From Mytilus californianus (lineage: Eukaryota), in NCBI RefSeq assembly GCF_021869535.1, contig NW_026262626.1:27218001-27282000 (forward strand): a stretch of DNA of 64,000 nucleotides. Reading direction: 5' to 3'. Below, piece by piece: positions 11,032 to 23,659 of this stretch. The notes below the pieces were generated by a model, which was given only the letters and a program-made list of their open reading frames with translations, did not search any database and was not told where the DNA came from. Every line of letters starts with the position of its first letter. Position 1 is the first letter of the stretch. The translations under genes were made by a program, and so were the position numbers.

Positions 11032-13498
11032 ATGGCGGAAAGTAGATTTGCGTCCCTGGAACAAGATGAAAGGGACGATATAATGGAAAATATAGAAACG
11101 AAAAACACAAAAAGACAGAATACCACAGCTGTTAAACTATTCAGGGAATATTTGACCGAGAAAAGCAAGCCGATAGAATTCGAACAGTACACTGTGGAGC
11201 AACTGGACGATACATTGGCATCATTTTATTTGGAAATGAGAAGTAAGGAGGGAAAACATTATAAAAAGACAACTATGCAATCCTATAGACAAGGTTTAAA
11301 CAGACATATACAGAAATGTAGGGACATAGACATTTGCAATGAAGATATATTCAAAAAATCCACTAAATCCTTCAAGGGTATGACAAAGGAACTCAAGCGC
11401 CTTGGGTTAGCTGCAATTGAACAACACCCTTCCATAGAAGAGAGTGATATTGAGAAGATGTACTCATATTTTTGTAAAAATCTGGAGGATGCACAGCTTT
11501 TGCAGTATAAGGTAATTTTTATAACGCATGTGACATTTTTTTTTAATTCCATGCATAATGGATCATTATGCCTTATTGGTGTAAATATAAACCTACTATT
11601 GTGAATTTCAAAGTCAGGATGACTTCGCTTCAAAGGACATTGGATACGAAAAATCATACTGGGTGTACCATGTGTATATATATGAACCTATTCATGTACA
11701 TGCTTATTGCACATGTATATTTAGCAGAAAATTTCACATTCATCTATGATCTAAACAGTGTGACACTTATAGCAGAATTATATAATCATGTACAATAAAA
11801 TACTTATCGTGTGTTCATTGAGAAAAGGGGTATACAATAATGAAAACTGTGTGTGTCTTGAGTATCTTTTTGTGTACATACAATGTACTGTCCATTTCAA
11901 TAAAAATGACAATGAATTATAAAATTTCTTCTATGTTTTAGGTATTTGTTGACATCATGCTGCACTTTGGTCGTAGAGGGAGGGAAAACCTGTCCAATCT
12001 TACAAGAAAGCATTTTGCAGTTAAGCGTGGTGCTGATGAAAAGTTGTATGTCTACAAAGTAATTGATGAGCAAACAAAAAACCACCAATCAGACAGTGAA
12101 TTATCCTCAGATGGACGGATGTATGAAATAACAGGTAACTTTTATCTATATATATTGACCTACATTGTAACTATTCTAATGTTTTTTGCATTAACTTAAT
12201 GTATCCAAACATTATTTTTCTTGGCTTGATCATAACTTGTATACTTACATGACTTATATGCATGAGATGCAATCTATATTTAACCATTGCATTTAAATAA
12301 AAAGAAAACAAATGGACCAACCTACATTTTTTCATTAAGTTATCTGAACCACACACTAGTTTTATTGACCTGATTAAAACTCAAATATACATGATTCATT
12401 TCATAATTAATAACCGTTAGTGTGTTAAAAAAATATCAACAGTGACAACTTACCTACATACATGTATCCCATTTTTTTTCATCAAGTGATTGGAACCACA
12501 GTGGCACACATTTTAATATTATTTTGCCATTTGTACATTAATAGGCAAATGTGATATTTACAGTTAGTAAATACAATGTACATTAAATATGATAAATATA
12601 TGCATGGGAAACATACCAAAAATAATAAAGAAATTATTGTATAGACTCTATGATCATATAAAAAAAACACCTTATTTGGCTGCAGAACACTCTAATCTAG
12701 AGTATTTTTTTTTTTAATGTTTTACATGCTTTTTCAGATGGCGAAAGATGTCCAGTAAAGTCTTTTGTGAAATATATCAGAAGGTTGAATCCAAAGTGTG
12801 TTAAATTATTTCAACAAGCAAGATCATACCCTAAAGAAGGCGTGTATTATGACAATGTACCTCTAGGTCATAATAGACTTGGCCAATTCATGAATGAAAT
12901 TAGCAAAATGGCAAGTCTTTCTCAACTATATACAAATCATTCTTGCAGAGCAACAACTGTTCATCTTCTTGACGAAGCGGATATTCCAAGCAGACATATA
13001 ATGACAGTTACGGGACATAAATCAGAAACATCTCTAAAAACTTACTCTGGAAAAACTTGTGAGAAAAAAAAACGGCATATGTCGGAGATATTAAGCTCAA
13101 AAACGTGTGGAAAGAAATCGTGTATATCTAATATTGATTTTCTTTGCTTGTCTCAAAGTACCATTACAGTTGAAGGAGAGGAAAATCATGAACATATTCC
13201 TGTTGACTTGAATGATGCAAATTTTGAGTTAGAGCTTTTATCAAACTCACAGAGTGAAACTGTTATGAAAGACATATCGCCTAATGATCAATTTGATGAA
13301 ATTCTGACAGAAATCAGTAATGGTGCCTCAAAGAGAAATACAAATATAATGAAGCCAGAGACATTGATGCCAAATCCAAATTTTTTAAAAGAACCATATC
13401 CAGATATGAAAATGCCATTTCTAAATAACTGTAGCAATGTAACTGTTAATGTAAATTACAATGTTCACCCATATGTGAACAACCCAGCAAAGGTATAG
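11032..13498 (+). CDS. Crypton-type tyrosine recombinase (DUF3504/ZMYM-KCTD1-related), 3 exons, 477 aa, apparently intact
   Basis: Exons 11032-11511, 11942-12134 and 12738-13498, all with GT-AG introns (AAG|gtaatt...ttttag|GTA, phase 0; ACAG|gtaact...ttttcag|ATG, phase 1). Total 1434 nt with no internal stop. Catalytic motifs: HFGRRGRENL, EQTKNHQ, RCPV, YTNHSCRATT (HxxR) and VTGHKSETSLKTY (H...Y). Confidence 0.9.
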
Positions 13499-13720
13499 CT
13501 TCATATACAAAATGTTTTTGTTGTAAATTTCTTGTTACTTAATCTGTTATTTGTTATATCTTGTTTCAATTAAATAAGAAACATCTATATATTGATTGTT
13601 GTGATTCTGTTATGTACATTTGAAAATTTCACAGTAATAATGGTTTTGAAGACATGGAAGATGTCCTTTCTGCAAATACATATATTGTGTTCATGCAATA
13701 GTTCAAGATTAATAATATAA

Positions 13721-13860
13721 CAATTGTAGCCTTTGTTTGAGGTCAATACGAGGTTATATCGACCAAGAGAAGCATATCGACCTCGGACTTCGTCCTCAGT
13801 CGATATGCTTCTCTTGGGTCGATATAACCTCGTATCGACCTCATACAAAGGCTATAATTG
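13721..13860. repeat. 140-bp near-perfect palindrome about 220 bp downstream of the YR stop codon
   Basis: Arms 13721-13788 and 13792-13860 surround a TTC loop (GGAC-TTC-GTCC), with about 6 mismatches and one 1-bp indel. It contains six copies of a TATCGACC-type box. Confidence 0.95.
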
Positions 13861-14516
13861 TATAATATCAATAGATTTATGTATTATATATTATTATAAT
13901 TTGTGTATATTATGTTGTAAATTGGAAGTTATAAATACTAAAAATAAAAAAAAATATATATATTTGTGAAGTCCTAGAGAAAAAGCATAGGCCGAACCCT
14001 ACCCTAGATCCATACTATAAGAAATGTTGTTGGGTTGCTGTCTAAAAAATACAAAATCCTTTTGAAGGCCCATAGACAGTACCCCGTCTTCGTTTCAATA
14101 TCCGTACTGAAAGACATTGATTAATCAAGATAATATAGATTATTTATAATTTTCACAAATAGTTAACTTGCAGAGTAAAGAGCATTTTCTAAGTACACGT
14201 AAAGATGTTAAATCTGAAGTAAACGCCCGTTAACTACTGAAAAAACGCGCGCTTACTCAAGAAGACATTAGAAATTTCCATTTTTACTAGTTAACGCGAA
14301 AATTGGATGCACGCGTCGTTAATGTGCGTTTAATTAATGTTGTGCTTTATCTGCACTTAATTGTACTTGAAGGTTTAATAATACATAGTAAACAATGTAT
14401 GTATTAAATCAATATATACATCTATATTGTATTGAAATTTTCACGCCAGTGATCATTTTATTATTAGTAATTATAGTATATTGGATATTTGAATTAAATG
14501 AGCACACTGGTGTAAA

Positions 14517-14893
14517 TAGATATAAGAAGATGTGGTATGAGTGCCAATGAGACAACTCTCCATCCAAGTCAAAATTTATGAAAGTAAACCATTATAGGTC
14601 AATGTACGGTCTTCAACACTGAGCCTTGGCTCACACCGAACAGCAAGCTATAACGGGCCCCAACAATTACTAGTGTAAAACCATTCAAACGGGAAAAACA
14701 ACGGTCTAATCTATATAAAAAACGAGAAACGAGAAACACTTATGAACCACATCAACAAACGACAACTACTGAACATCAGATTCCTGACTTAGGACAGGTG
14801 TAAACAACTGCAGCGGGTTTGAACGTTTTAATGGTACCAAACCTTCACCCTTATCTGAAAAAATAGTGTTACATCACAACATAGAAAGACACA
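14517..14893 (-). repeat. Family-A interspersed repeat (unclassified, retroelement-like)
   Basis: tagatataagaagatgtggtatgagtgccaatgagacaactctccatccaagtc...cctgacttaggacagg...catcacaacatagaaagacac. Near-identical copies occur elsewhere in the window. Confidence 0.9.
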
Positions 14894-16519
14894 AGTTTGT
14901 TTTATTATAAAAGTGTCAGCTTACAGTGACACGTATTGAGGAATGCCAGTATTTTAACTATATTTAAACAATTTGATTAACAAAAAATCCCATCCATCAC
15001 TCCCTTTAAGATTGCAATAAACAATTCATTTCCCCATAGGCGACAATGATAGCATTTTCGAGATATAGACTTTAGAAAGTTGATTTTTTTTTAACCAAAC
15101 CTTGCTACAATTAAAGAAAAATTATTCGGACAGTATTTGTTGGTCTAAAAATATATGTTCCCGTGTCTTTTCTTGACGTAATTTGTACTTATCTCCCTTG
15201 CCTATCAAATTTGCACTTAAAAACACGTGTCTCATCTTAGCGTAGAAAAGACATCTCAGTTCCGTTAGGGCTAAGGAAAATATACTATTTTGCCTTTGGT
15301 TTAATGCAGAGTGCACGAAGTCTCTTATAATAAAAAATAACGGGTGCACATATCGACCAATCAGGATTAGCCATACTCTTAATTCTGAATACCTACCATG
15401 TTATCTTCATAAAATGGCTGCGTTCATAAAATCTTATGGTTTATTGTAACCTATAATGTATTGTAAATATTTGAGTTTGTACTTGTAATTGCATGTAAAG
15501 AATATAAAATATGAAATATTTAGTAAATTTATGTATACTGTGTTCATGTGACGAAAGAATTAATTTGATTATGTCGATTATGTGGAGAAAGTTCTTAAAG
15601 ATCTGACGATTAGACATTAACCGTTTATGACTTACTTTAAATTTTGTATCGTTGTTCTAGATAGATTACATATCTTATTAAGGGAATAAAATTAAAAAAA
15701 AAGAATTGAATCATTTTGTACATATCAAACTTTTTATAATAAAAGATAATTGTTAGTTTAAGCAATGAAACTAGGAAGTCGCAGATCTTGTTCGGGGGCG
15801 GTTCCGGGAGACAATAAACGGACTTATAACGGTCTTCTTGAAGCACATATCTCTACCCTACCGGCTCTATGCTGAACTGTATAAAAAAATCCAACGGTTT
15901 ACTCTTGCCATCAAGGGAATCTTCTCCACTGTTGGTAATAGAAGGGAGGTATTATTTCCGCATTGCACGTATTTCGGGTTGTTTTGAATCAAAAACCAGA
16001 TGGACTGTCGTTTTTGCAGATATGTGTGTAAACAGAGCGTGTTCTCCGTCCTGTCAATGATTACAGGTATAAAGGATATTTTTGACAGGTATGTTATCAT
16101 AGAGTCCCTTATATGCCCTCTTCTATCCACTGGCTATCGGGTTATTTGTCTACCAGGATCTAGTAAAATGTGTTATTTGGGGCCTATCAAATATCCACAC
16201 GTACATGGTTTTGTATATATACTTGTTGTATTATAAGTATTAAATATTGTGTTTTATTGTACTTTTTATTGTAAGTTTTCAACGCGAGTGGTCTGTTTAT
16301 TTATCGTTATAGAAATAACATATTGTAAGCTATTGTAAAAACACGTTTAATGGTTTATTAAATTTTGATATGATTAATTCATTGGATTTACACAAGCATT
16401 TAAATGTTCCGTATGGTTGTTTTGAATAATTCTATTGGTTAAAATAGAATAATTATTCATTCTCTTTTACACCGAGTATAAATACAAAAAAGTTTACTAA
16501 TCGCTTCAGCTTAACAATA

Positions 16520-18692
16520 AATGCGAGTCTAGCAAATGTTCTATTTATTGCTCAGTTTGTACATCACGCTACATTAATGACATGGGAAATGTGGAATCCG
16601 CCATTTGTCAACAGAACAGACTTCCTTTGTCCTTCTGATCATTGTACTCTAGATCCGACACTTCACGTTAGAACGTAAAATCAGTGTTGCACGTGCAGGG
16701 AAGAACCGTCTTGGAAATTTAATCCATTGACTCATGCGTTAGTTTTGGAGTATACACGTAGAGGAGGTACATCTCAACTGATAGGATATACAACCATTAC
16801 GAATTCACGTTTGGTGCATAACAAAGGATTCTTATCCCAACTACCAAATAATGTTTGCGATTTTGTTAATATCGTAGAAATTGAAGCCACTTATAATCAA
16901 ATTTCATCGATTGGCAACATTTCATGTTTACAGATGCTAGATACACTGGATTTGAGTTATAATACCATCGATTCAATTGAGAATAGCACTTTCAAAAATT
17001 TACCTTTATTTAGAGAATTAAGATTAATTCATAATGGAATTTAAAACATGGAATCATACGCTCTGGTGGGAACAACGATGTCTATTTTTTGGCCGATTTG
17101 TCCTCGAACAATATGACTAAAATTGATCTAAGTAATTTAGTTCCAGAAAATCATTTCCCTCGGTATGATTTCTCTTCAAACAAAATCGTCGAAATAGTTA
17201 ATGAGTAGAATTTTCAAATTAATGTCAACAAAATATGTCACGGAGGGTTTGTGGATTTAGATGCAAATGATACCACACAATGGTTTGACTTTAAAGATCT
17301 AGAAATAGACGACATTGCAATTCGGATTATCTTTGCAAAAGATAAAATGGACTTGTGATTGCCGAATGGAACCGTTTCATGAGCTAACACAAGATGCGTT
17401 AAAAAGAATCTAGCGTGATTACTATAACGTTGCATGTTGGGAACCACCTGAATACCGTGGACTGTCAATAACGGAACATTTTGTGAAAGGGGATAAACTT
17501 GATTTGCTTATTTGTAACAAAACGTCTGCTGATAAATGTTCGAAAGAATGTCACTGTTTTTTATCAACCGAAAAAACAGGAGAACTGTTGTGAATTTTAC
17601 TGGAGTTGGGTTAACTCTATTGCCGCAACATGTCCCGGAAGGAGAAAATGTAACCTTACTATTTGAAGGTAACAATATAGAATCTTTAGAACATCGGGAA
17701 TATTTCAACAGGTCGTATACCATTAGTCTATCAAACAATCAGATACATACAATATCAAGTAATGCCATAGAATCTACAGGCAACAACGCAATTCTTGATT
17801 TGTCTGGCAACAAAATGTATGAGCTGCCGCGAGATTTTAAATCATTTGATCCCTACATAACGAAATTGGGAAAGATAAAATGTCATGCGATTGTGATGAT
17901 GAATGGCTGGAAGACTGGGTAAAAAATAAGCGAGCAGAACAATGCAAAAACACCACAGAAATTGTATGCTTTATCGGAGAAATGTATGTTTCAACGATTG
18001 ATTTAGTTTAGAGAATTTTTGCAATGATGACACAAATTTGACATATTTTCTAATATTCTAATTGGAATAATCATTGCTCTGCTCTTGGGAATTTGTGGTG
18101 TATTATATACATTCCGCTACGAACTGTTTATTTTAAAGAGACGGTTTATAAGTAAGAAATGTTCGAAAGTTTATCCATATCTCAAGTACTACGTTTTTAT
18201 ATCTTTTGATGATAATGATGTGGGCAATGAAGACATTGGCCTCATACTTGCACGATTTTGGGTATAGGATTTTTATACCGTGTAGAGATGAGAAGTTTGG
18301 GGACGTCAGGGAAGAAGCATTGATAGATACAATAAATATCTGCAAGAACTATATAATCATACTTTGTGACAAATTTCACACAGACGAAACCGTTTGGGCA
18401 ACTGTCGAGTGGAAATACTAGTACATATGACATAGCTTTAAACTAAACAAGAAAAGGCAAATCATAGTTATAAATTATCATCAGTTAGAATCGTCGGAAG
18501 TACTTGAAAATAAACTCAAAGCTTTTGTCCGAGTTGGCAAAGACATTGACTTTTCAAACAAGAAGCAGAATCTTTTCAATGACATTCAGGATAGATTGTG
18601 TTCACCAATTCGTACAAACTATGGACTAAAATGTGCAAAAACACAATTTGCTGCAAGATCATTACACAATAATGAGCTTTTCGCACTAGATA
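16520..18692 (+). pseudogene. Toll-like receptor pseudogene, paralog of 34153-36357
   Basis: Collinear with the intact TLR over its whole length. Lesions: no in-frame ATG, TAA 16676-16678 (AAA in the paralog), TAA 17042-17044, a 1-nt deletion near 17090, TAG near 17206, a roughly 20-nt deletion near 17315, TAG 17410-17412 (TGG in the paralog), and further frameshifts. Confidence 0.95.
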
Positions 18693-21115
18693 TTTATTAT
18701 ACATTACACAATTTAACGTAACTTGTTTTAAGAATAGAAGTCTTTTAAAATTATTTTCCTGAATTACAAAATAAATTTGGTATATTGCATCGTACAAGTT
18801 TTTAATATGAATGTTAATTGTCAGTGCAATTTGAATTCCATCAAGAGCTACTAAAAATTCATAAATTTCTAGAGATTGAAATCAACATTGTTTTGTTGTA
18901 AAAGTTAAATTCAAATAACTTAACGTTTGATTTACCAGATTTCAGAGAACATAATTTTGATTTCAAACCATGGAAAAATTAAACGGCTCTTCATACAATA
19001 AAACAGATTGAATTGCCTAAATATAAATAAAATTGTAATCACAGAATTGTTTTTGGTGTAAATATTGCTGTATTTCCATTTCCTATAATTTAATAAAATC
19101 AGTTAAGATTTCTCAGTATTTTCTATCAATGAACAGGTATGTGTTTTACTCCGATGTATATTTTTAAAAAAATATTTTGACTACCATTACGAAAATTAAT
19201 GTATTGTATAATAAGAGGTTCTTATATGAACACAAAGTAAACTGAAATTTATATATCCTGTGGATACTAATATTACGAAAACACGCTCTCTTGGAAAATG
19301 TATAAAAAAATAGCAAAATAATACTAAGAAAATAATTAGGAATACATAGTTTTTATATAATTTTTTTTTCATTAATTATTGATTACATAATTCAGGCTGT
19401 TATTTTTTCTCGCTTAAATTGTTTTATAATTGTCATGTCGGGGCTTTTATAGCTTGATATTCTGTATGGATTTTGCTAATTGTTGACGGTGACTTCGGTT
19501 GCTAATTCCTAAGCCTTTTGGTCCCAGGTGTAAAGTGGTTTTGTTGGCAATCCCACCACATCTTTTTTTTTACATTAAAAATTTGATAGATTAAGGTCAT
19601 AGAAAGGAGCGATGTCAAACACATGAACGAAAAATCAGTGAAACTCTTGTCAAATTATCTAAAAAACAATAGTATATCTGTAGTTCTAAATCCGATTCAC
19701 AATATTTTTCTAAATTGATTTTTTGAGATGTAATTTCGTTTAATTTTATACAAATTAATTATGGGGTCGGAGAGTGGATCCTTTTTCATGCTTCAAGCTC
19801 AAGTTTTTATTCCACTCAGATATTTATGTATACATCGACATAACGAACAGAGCAGTGTAGAACGAATGAATGTTACTAGTATACAAACATTTCCTACAAA
19901 TGATGCAACATATATAAATGTATGACAGATAGATATATTTAAAATGGAGGTTACGTGAAGTTACAAAATTCTTATGATATTTTTTTAGAAAATAGAAAGT
20001 TTTTTCAAAACTGGAAAATTATACATCTATAATCGACTACAATTTGATTTTTTTTATATTATTCAGGACTGCTTATCATAGGAAGCTGCTAATATTTCTA
20101 TGTTTGAATAATCCTTTTGCAGTGAACAACTACTGATTTTGGTTTAAAGTGTAACGAGTGTACACTTATTCTGTTTTTTGGGGTTTTTGCATCTCTAACT
20201 CTGTTATAAAACAGAAAAAAAGTCTCTTCAACCTTTGACTTTTTAATATTTTCAAGTCACTATATATCAAATTACGTTTGACCAGACAATTTTATGTTAA
20301 TTCCACCAAAATACACAAAAGGGATTTATGGTTTTTAAAGAATCGATTGCTGTAGGATTTTTCGTAAAACTCTATCTCAAAGTTATCAAAGCAAATTAAC
20401 GAAAAATATATATTCTACAAATTCAGCATGACTTCCTTTAATAGTGCTAAGATCATGGTATGTCGATCTTGATTTATATAAACGAAAAGCAGTTACATGT
20501 ATTCATAGGAATATGCACATAAAAGTGTGCCAGATTATAACTGTATTCTTGAATCTCAATGAGTTTACTTTCCTTTGATCATTGAAAATCCAACGATGCT
20601 ATTCTGTCAAAGAAAAGAATTTTCCGTTGGTAGTAGTCAAATTACAATTTAATGTACTAAATGTGAACTTGACTCATCAAGTAAAAGATCGCTAGAAATG
20701 AATTTGAAATTTTCACAATGATTTTCTGGAACAATAGAAAATGATACAAAGATTCATTTATGAAGAAGAAAACAATGTTTGTTTGAGCATTTATGTTGTA
20801 ATAACATTAACGGTATGAATTCTTCTGCACCAGATGCGCTTTTTGACAATAATCTTCTTTTCAGTGATGCTCAAGGCCTAAACACTTGAAAATACAAAAC
20901 TGATCATAAAAATGAGGATCTTTTAAACCAAAACGTTTTGAGGGGTCTTTAAGAAAATGAAAATGTTAAGTAAAAAGACACGATTAACGAATCACCGACT
21001 ATCTTGTGGTGACGCTTTTGACACCGTTCAGTCCAGGTCAAAGAGCTTCCTGTTTACATCTCAAAAAATAACAGAATTGGAGAAAATGTTTAAGAAAGAT
21101 ATGACAAGCCCTTTA

Positions 21116-21630
21116 TGGAATATGCTAAGAAAATCATATTTCCCGAGGACAGCGCCCGAAGGAAATATGACTTTTCGAGGGTGAACAAATCTTCATATCT
21201 CCTTAAGTCAAGGGAAATAAATATTTTATTCCACTGTCTATACTTTTTGTAACTTCATGAACATAAACTATTAGTTTTCATACAATTTTTCATATCCACT
21301 TTTATAACTAAACACGACAGTAACATTGATAAGCAATACCAATCAAAAGTTGATCATTTGTTTTATGAAAAGTTCAATGTTTCTGTATTCTGTTTTAAAT
21401 CTGAAATAGTTCTGTACACAGTAATTTACTACCGATATCGCTATTTAAAAGAAACGTTTAAAACGTTACGTAAATTAACCGCGCTTAACGTTGCACGAGG
21501 TAGTCCTGACATTTCAGAAGGGAATATGATACTCAGAGGGGAATATGAAGTTTTGTTCAATGTCACCTGGGATCGCCTTAACCAATCAAATATTGATTTC
21601 GCTATCTATTTACATACAGTGGAATAAAAT
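21116..21630. mobile_element. Putative non-autonomous Crypton-like element (palindrome at one end plus a far inverted repeat)
   Basis: TCATATTTCC (21134-21143) / GGAAATATGA (21161-21170) palindrome. Perfect 15-bp inverted pair ATTTTATTCCACTGT (21223-21237) / ACAGTGGAATAAAAT (21616-21630). GGAATATGA boxes repeat at 21521 and 21540. Confidence 0.45.
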
Positions 21631-22820
21631 AATTCAGAATGGTTGAAAAGTAGCGCAACTATATTCCATTTATACCATTTTAAATGTATTATATCCAACT
21701 GGTACAATTTTTACGTAATTGTATGTCTCTTTGAAAACATACAAGACTATATGAGATTCATATTCAACATGGGTATTGAAGTTCTTTTATCAAATGTCAT
21801 TAGATTTGATACTTGGAACTTAAGTACGTCTGCTCGTATTTAATGTGCAAATTAAGACATTAGTTCTTAATGTAGTAGTATATATGAACATCTGGGAAAC
21901 AAGTTTTCATTGAATGTAAAAAAAAAAGACGTAATGGCAATCCTAAATATATCTCATGTTTTCCCATTTCTATTAATACATCCTGTGTCCAAAGCCTACT
22001 TCGATGTTATGTTAAATACCATCAGCTACTACATACAGAGTATATTATTCTCCCAGCCGGTATTCGGTAACTGTGGTAACCAGTCATTCAAATCTCTAAT
22101 GGTAAAAATTTCATATTATTTATATACTGTTCGGCAATAGATTGAATATTCTTCATCAGATTTCAGGAAATAAGCTTAATGCCTGAAAATTTCAGGCGAT
22201 AACTTAATGCCTAGCTAGGCGTTAGCCTATTGCCAAGGATTTAATCTTAATGCCAATAAATATATAGTATTCTTAACATGTGTTATCTCTTATAATATAT
22301 ATATATTATTGTCATGTAAAAACACTTTAAAAAGTCTCGTGCATATTGATTGTTGTCAGTCCATTAAATTCACATTTGGAACATTATTTGTTTAATGAGT
22401 GGTTACATATCGTATTTGAGTATTATCTATGTTGATCCTTTTTATCATTTAAAATTCATTTGCAAATATGTCACGAAGATGACAATTTTTTGCTCCGTTA
22501 ACCTTTAATTAAAAAAGAAAACTGCATTTTTTTTATTATAATTACTATCCATATGTTGTTTAAAAAAAGATAAGCGACCTTGTTGTAGCAGTCATTATCA
22601 ATTTGCTGCTCTGAAAACAATCAATCGTGGCAGCTTTAGTTGTATGTGTGTGTAATGTAAAATAATGATTTATAATGTATTTTATGAATGGTAAAGCTAG
22701 AGATGTGTATATGTAACTATATTTGTTTAATATTGTACCAGTTTTCCTTATACATGTATGAAATGGGGTGCCAAAAATAAACATACACAAACTAGTAGAA
22801 TATATAAAAAAGTACTAGTT

Positions 22821-23003
22821 GTCAATTCGCCGTTTCAGAATCTAAAGGAACATGGGTAATCTCATTGTTCGTACCCCAAAATGAAAACACGTCATTGGTT
22901 GAATTTCAATTGTTTTGGACGTTGTAAGCCACTCACAGCGTTATGGTGTACGCCTTTGAAAATATTACCAAAAATGCATTAGATTCTGAAACGGGGAATT
23001 GTC
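22821..23003. mobile_element. 183-bp MITE-like element with 24-bp TIRs, no clear target duplication
   Basis: GTCAATTCGCCGTTTCAGAATCTA (22821-22844) versus TAGATTCTGAAACGGGGAATTGTC (22980-23003), 2 mismatches. Confidence 0.75.
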
Positions 23004-23659
23004 TTTGAACAAAAAAACATTGTATTCATAGACATGCGATTATACTTCTAAACAATATACTAGAGGCAAACGGTCACAAAAAAGGATACGTTTTGCTATA
23101 AATTGGCATTTAAGCATTTAAACCTGTACGCATTAAATCTTAGAAGTATATTGATGCTATGTGTGTGTTGTTATTTTTTGGAATATCGGTAACAAACTGT
23201 GAGTATTTGATCTTTAACAAAATTTTAATATTACTTTGAAGAGCTTTAAAATAATTGGCTAAAACAAAATTATCCTTGTATACACCCATTTTTCAATATA
23301 TTATCCAAAATAGCGAGTTCATTTGAAAACCAAATCAAAGGTTATTGATCATTCATTCTGGATCAATACAGTGGTTGTGAAACAACTTTTTTCTCTTGAT
23401 GTGCGTATTTATTCTATTCTAGAAAGTGCAGATTTTTCTACTCAGACTTGCTTAATTCGAAAGTGTTACGTGCTGAATATTAAACAAGGTTTGGTGTTTT
23501 TAACTTTAATTTTGATTCTAAATATCTAATGAAATAAAAATTACTTTTACTGAATCAGTAATTACTTAAGGCTCCCATAAAAGCAACACTTAATCTCGCC
23601 ACAGACTTATCGAAAAAAAAAGTTTTTTTAGGATACATCCTAAAATCTTAATTTGTGCT

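Larger units (their letters stand above)
10779..13870 (+). mobile_element. Crypton DNA transposon (approximate limits)
   Basis: Contains the YR gene. ATATTATTAATC (10779-10790) recurs inverted as GATTAATAATAT (13707-13718), directly before the terminal palindrome. The limits are inferred. Confidence 0.65.

Noticed and set aside
10906-11604. 232-aa ORF as a stand-alone gene
   Set aside because: It starts at a non-ATG codon and reads into intron 1 after the AAG|GT donor at 11511. It is exon 1 of the spliced Crypton YR.
12033-12039. CTGATGA hammerhead core hits (also 47641-47647, and CTGACGA near 59531)
   Set aside because: I could not build a stem II plus GAAA arrangement. The first hit is inside the YR coding exon.
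15600-16240. Coding-like minus-strand stretch with relatively high GC
   Set aside because: It has multiple stops and no motif I can recognise. It needs a translated search before any call.
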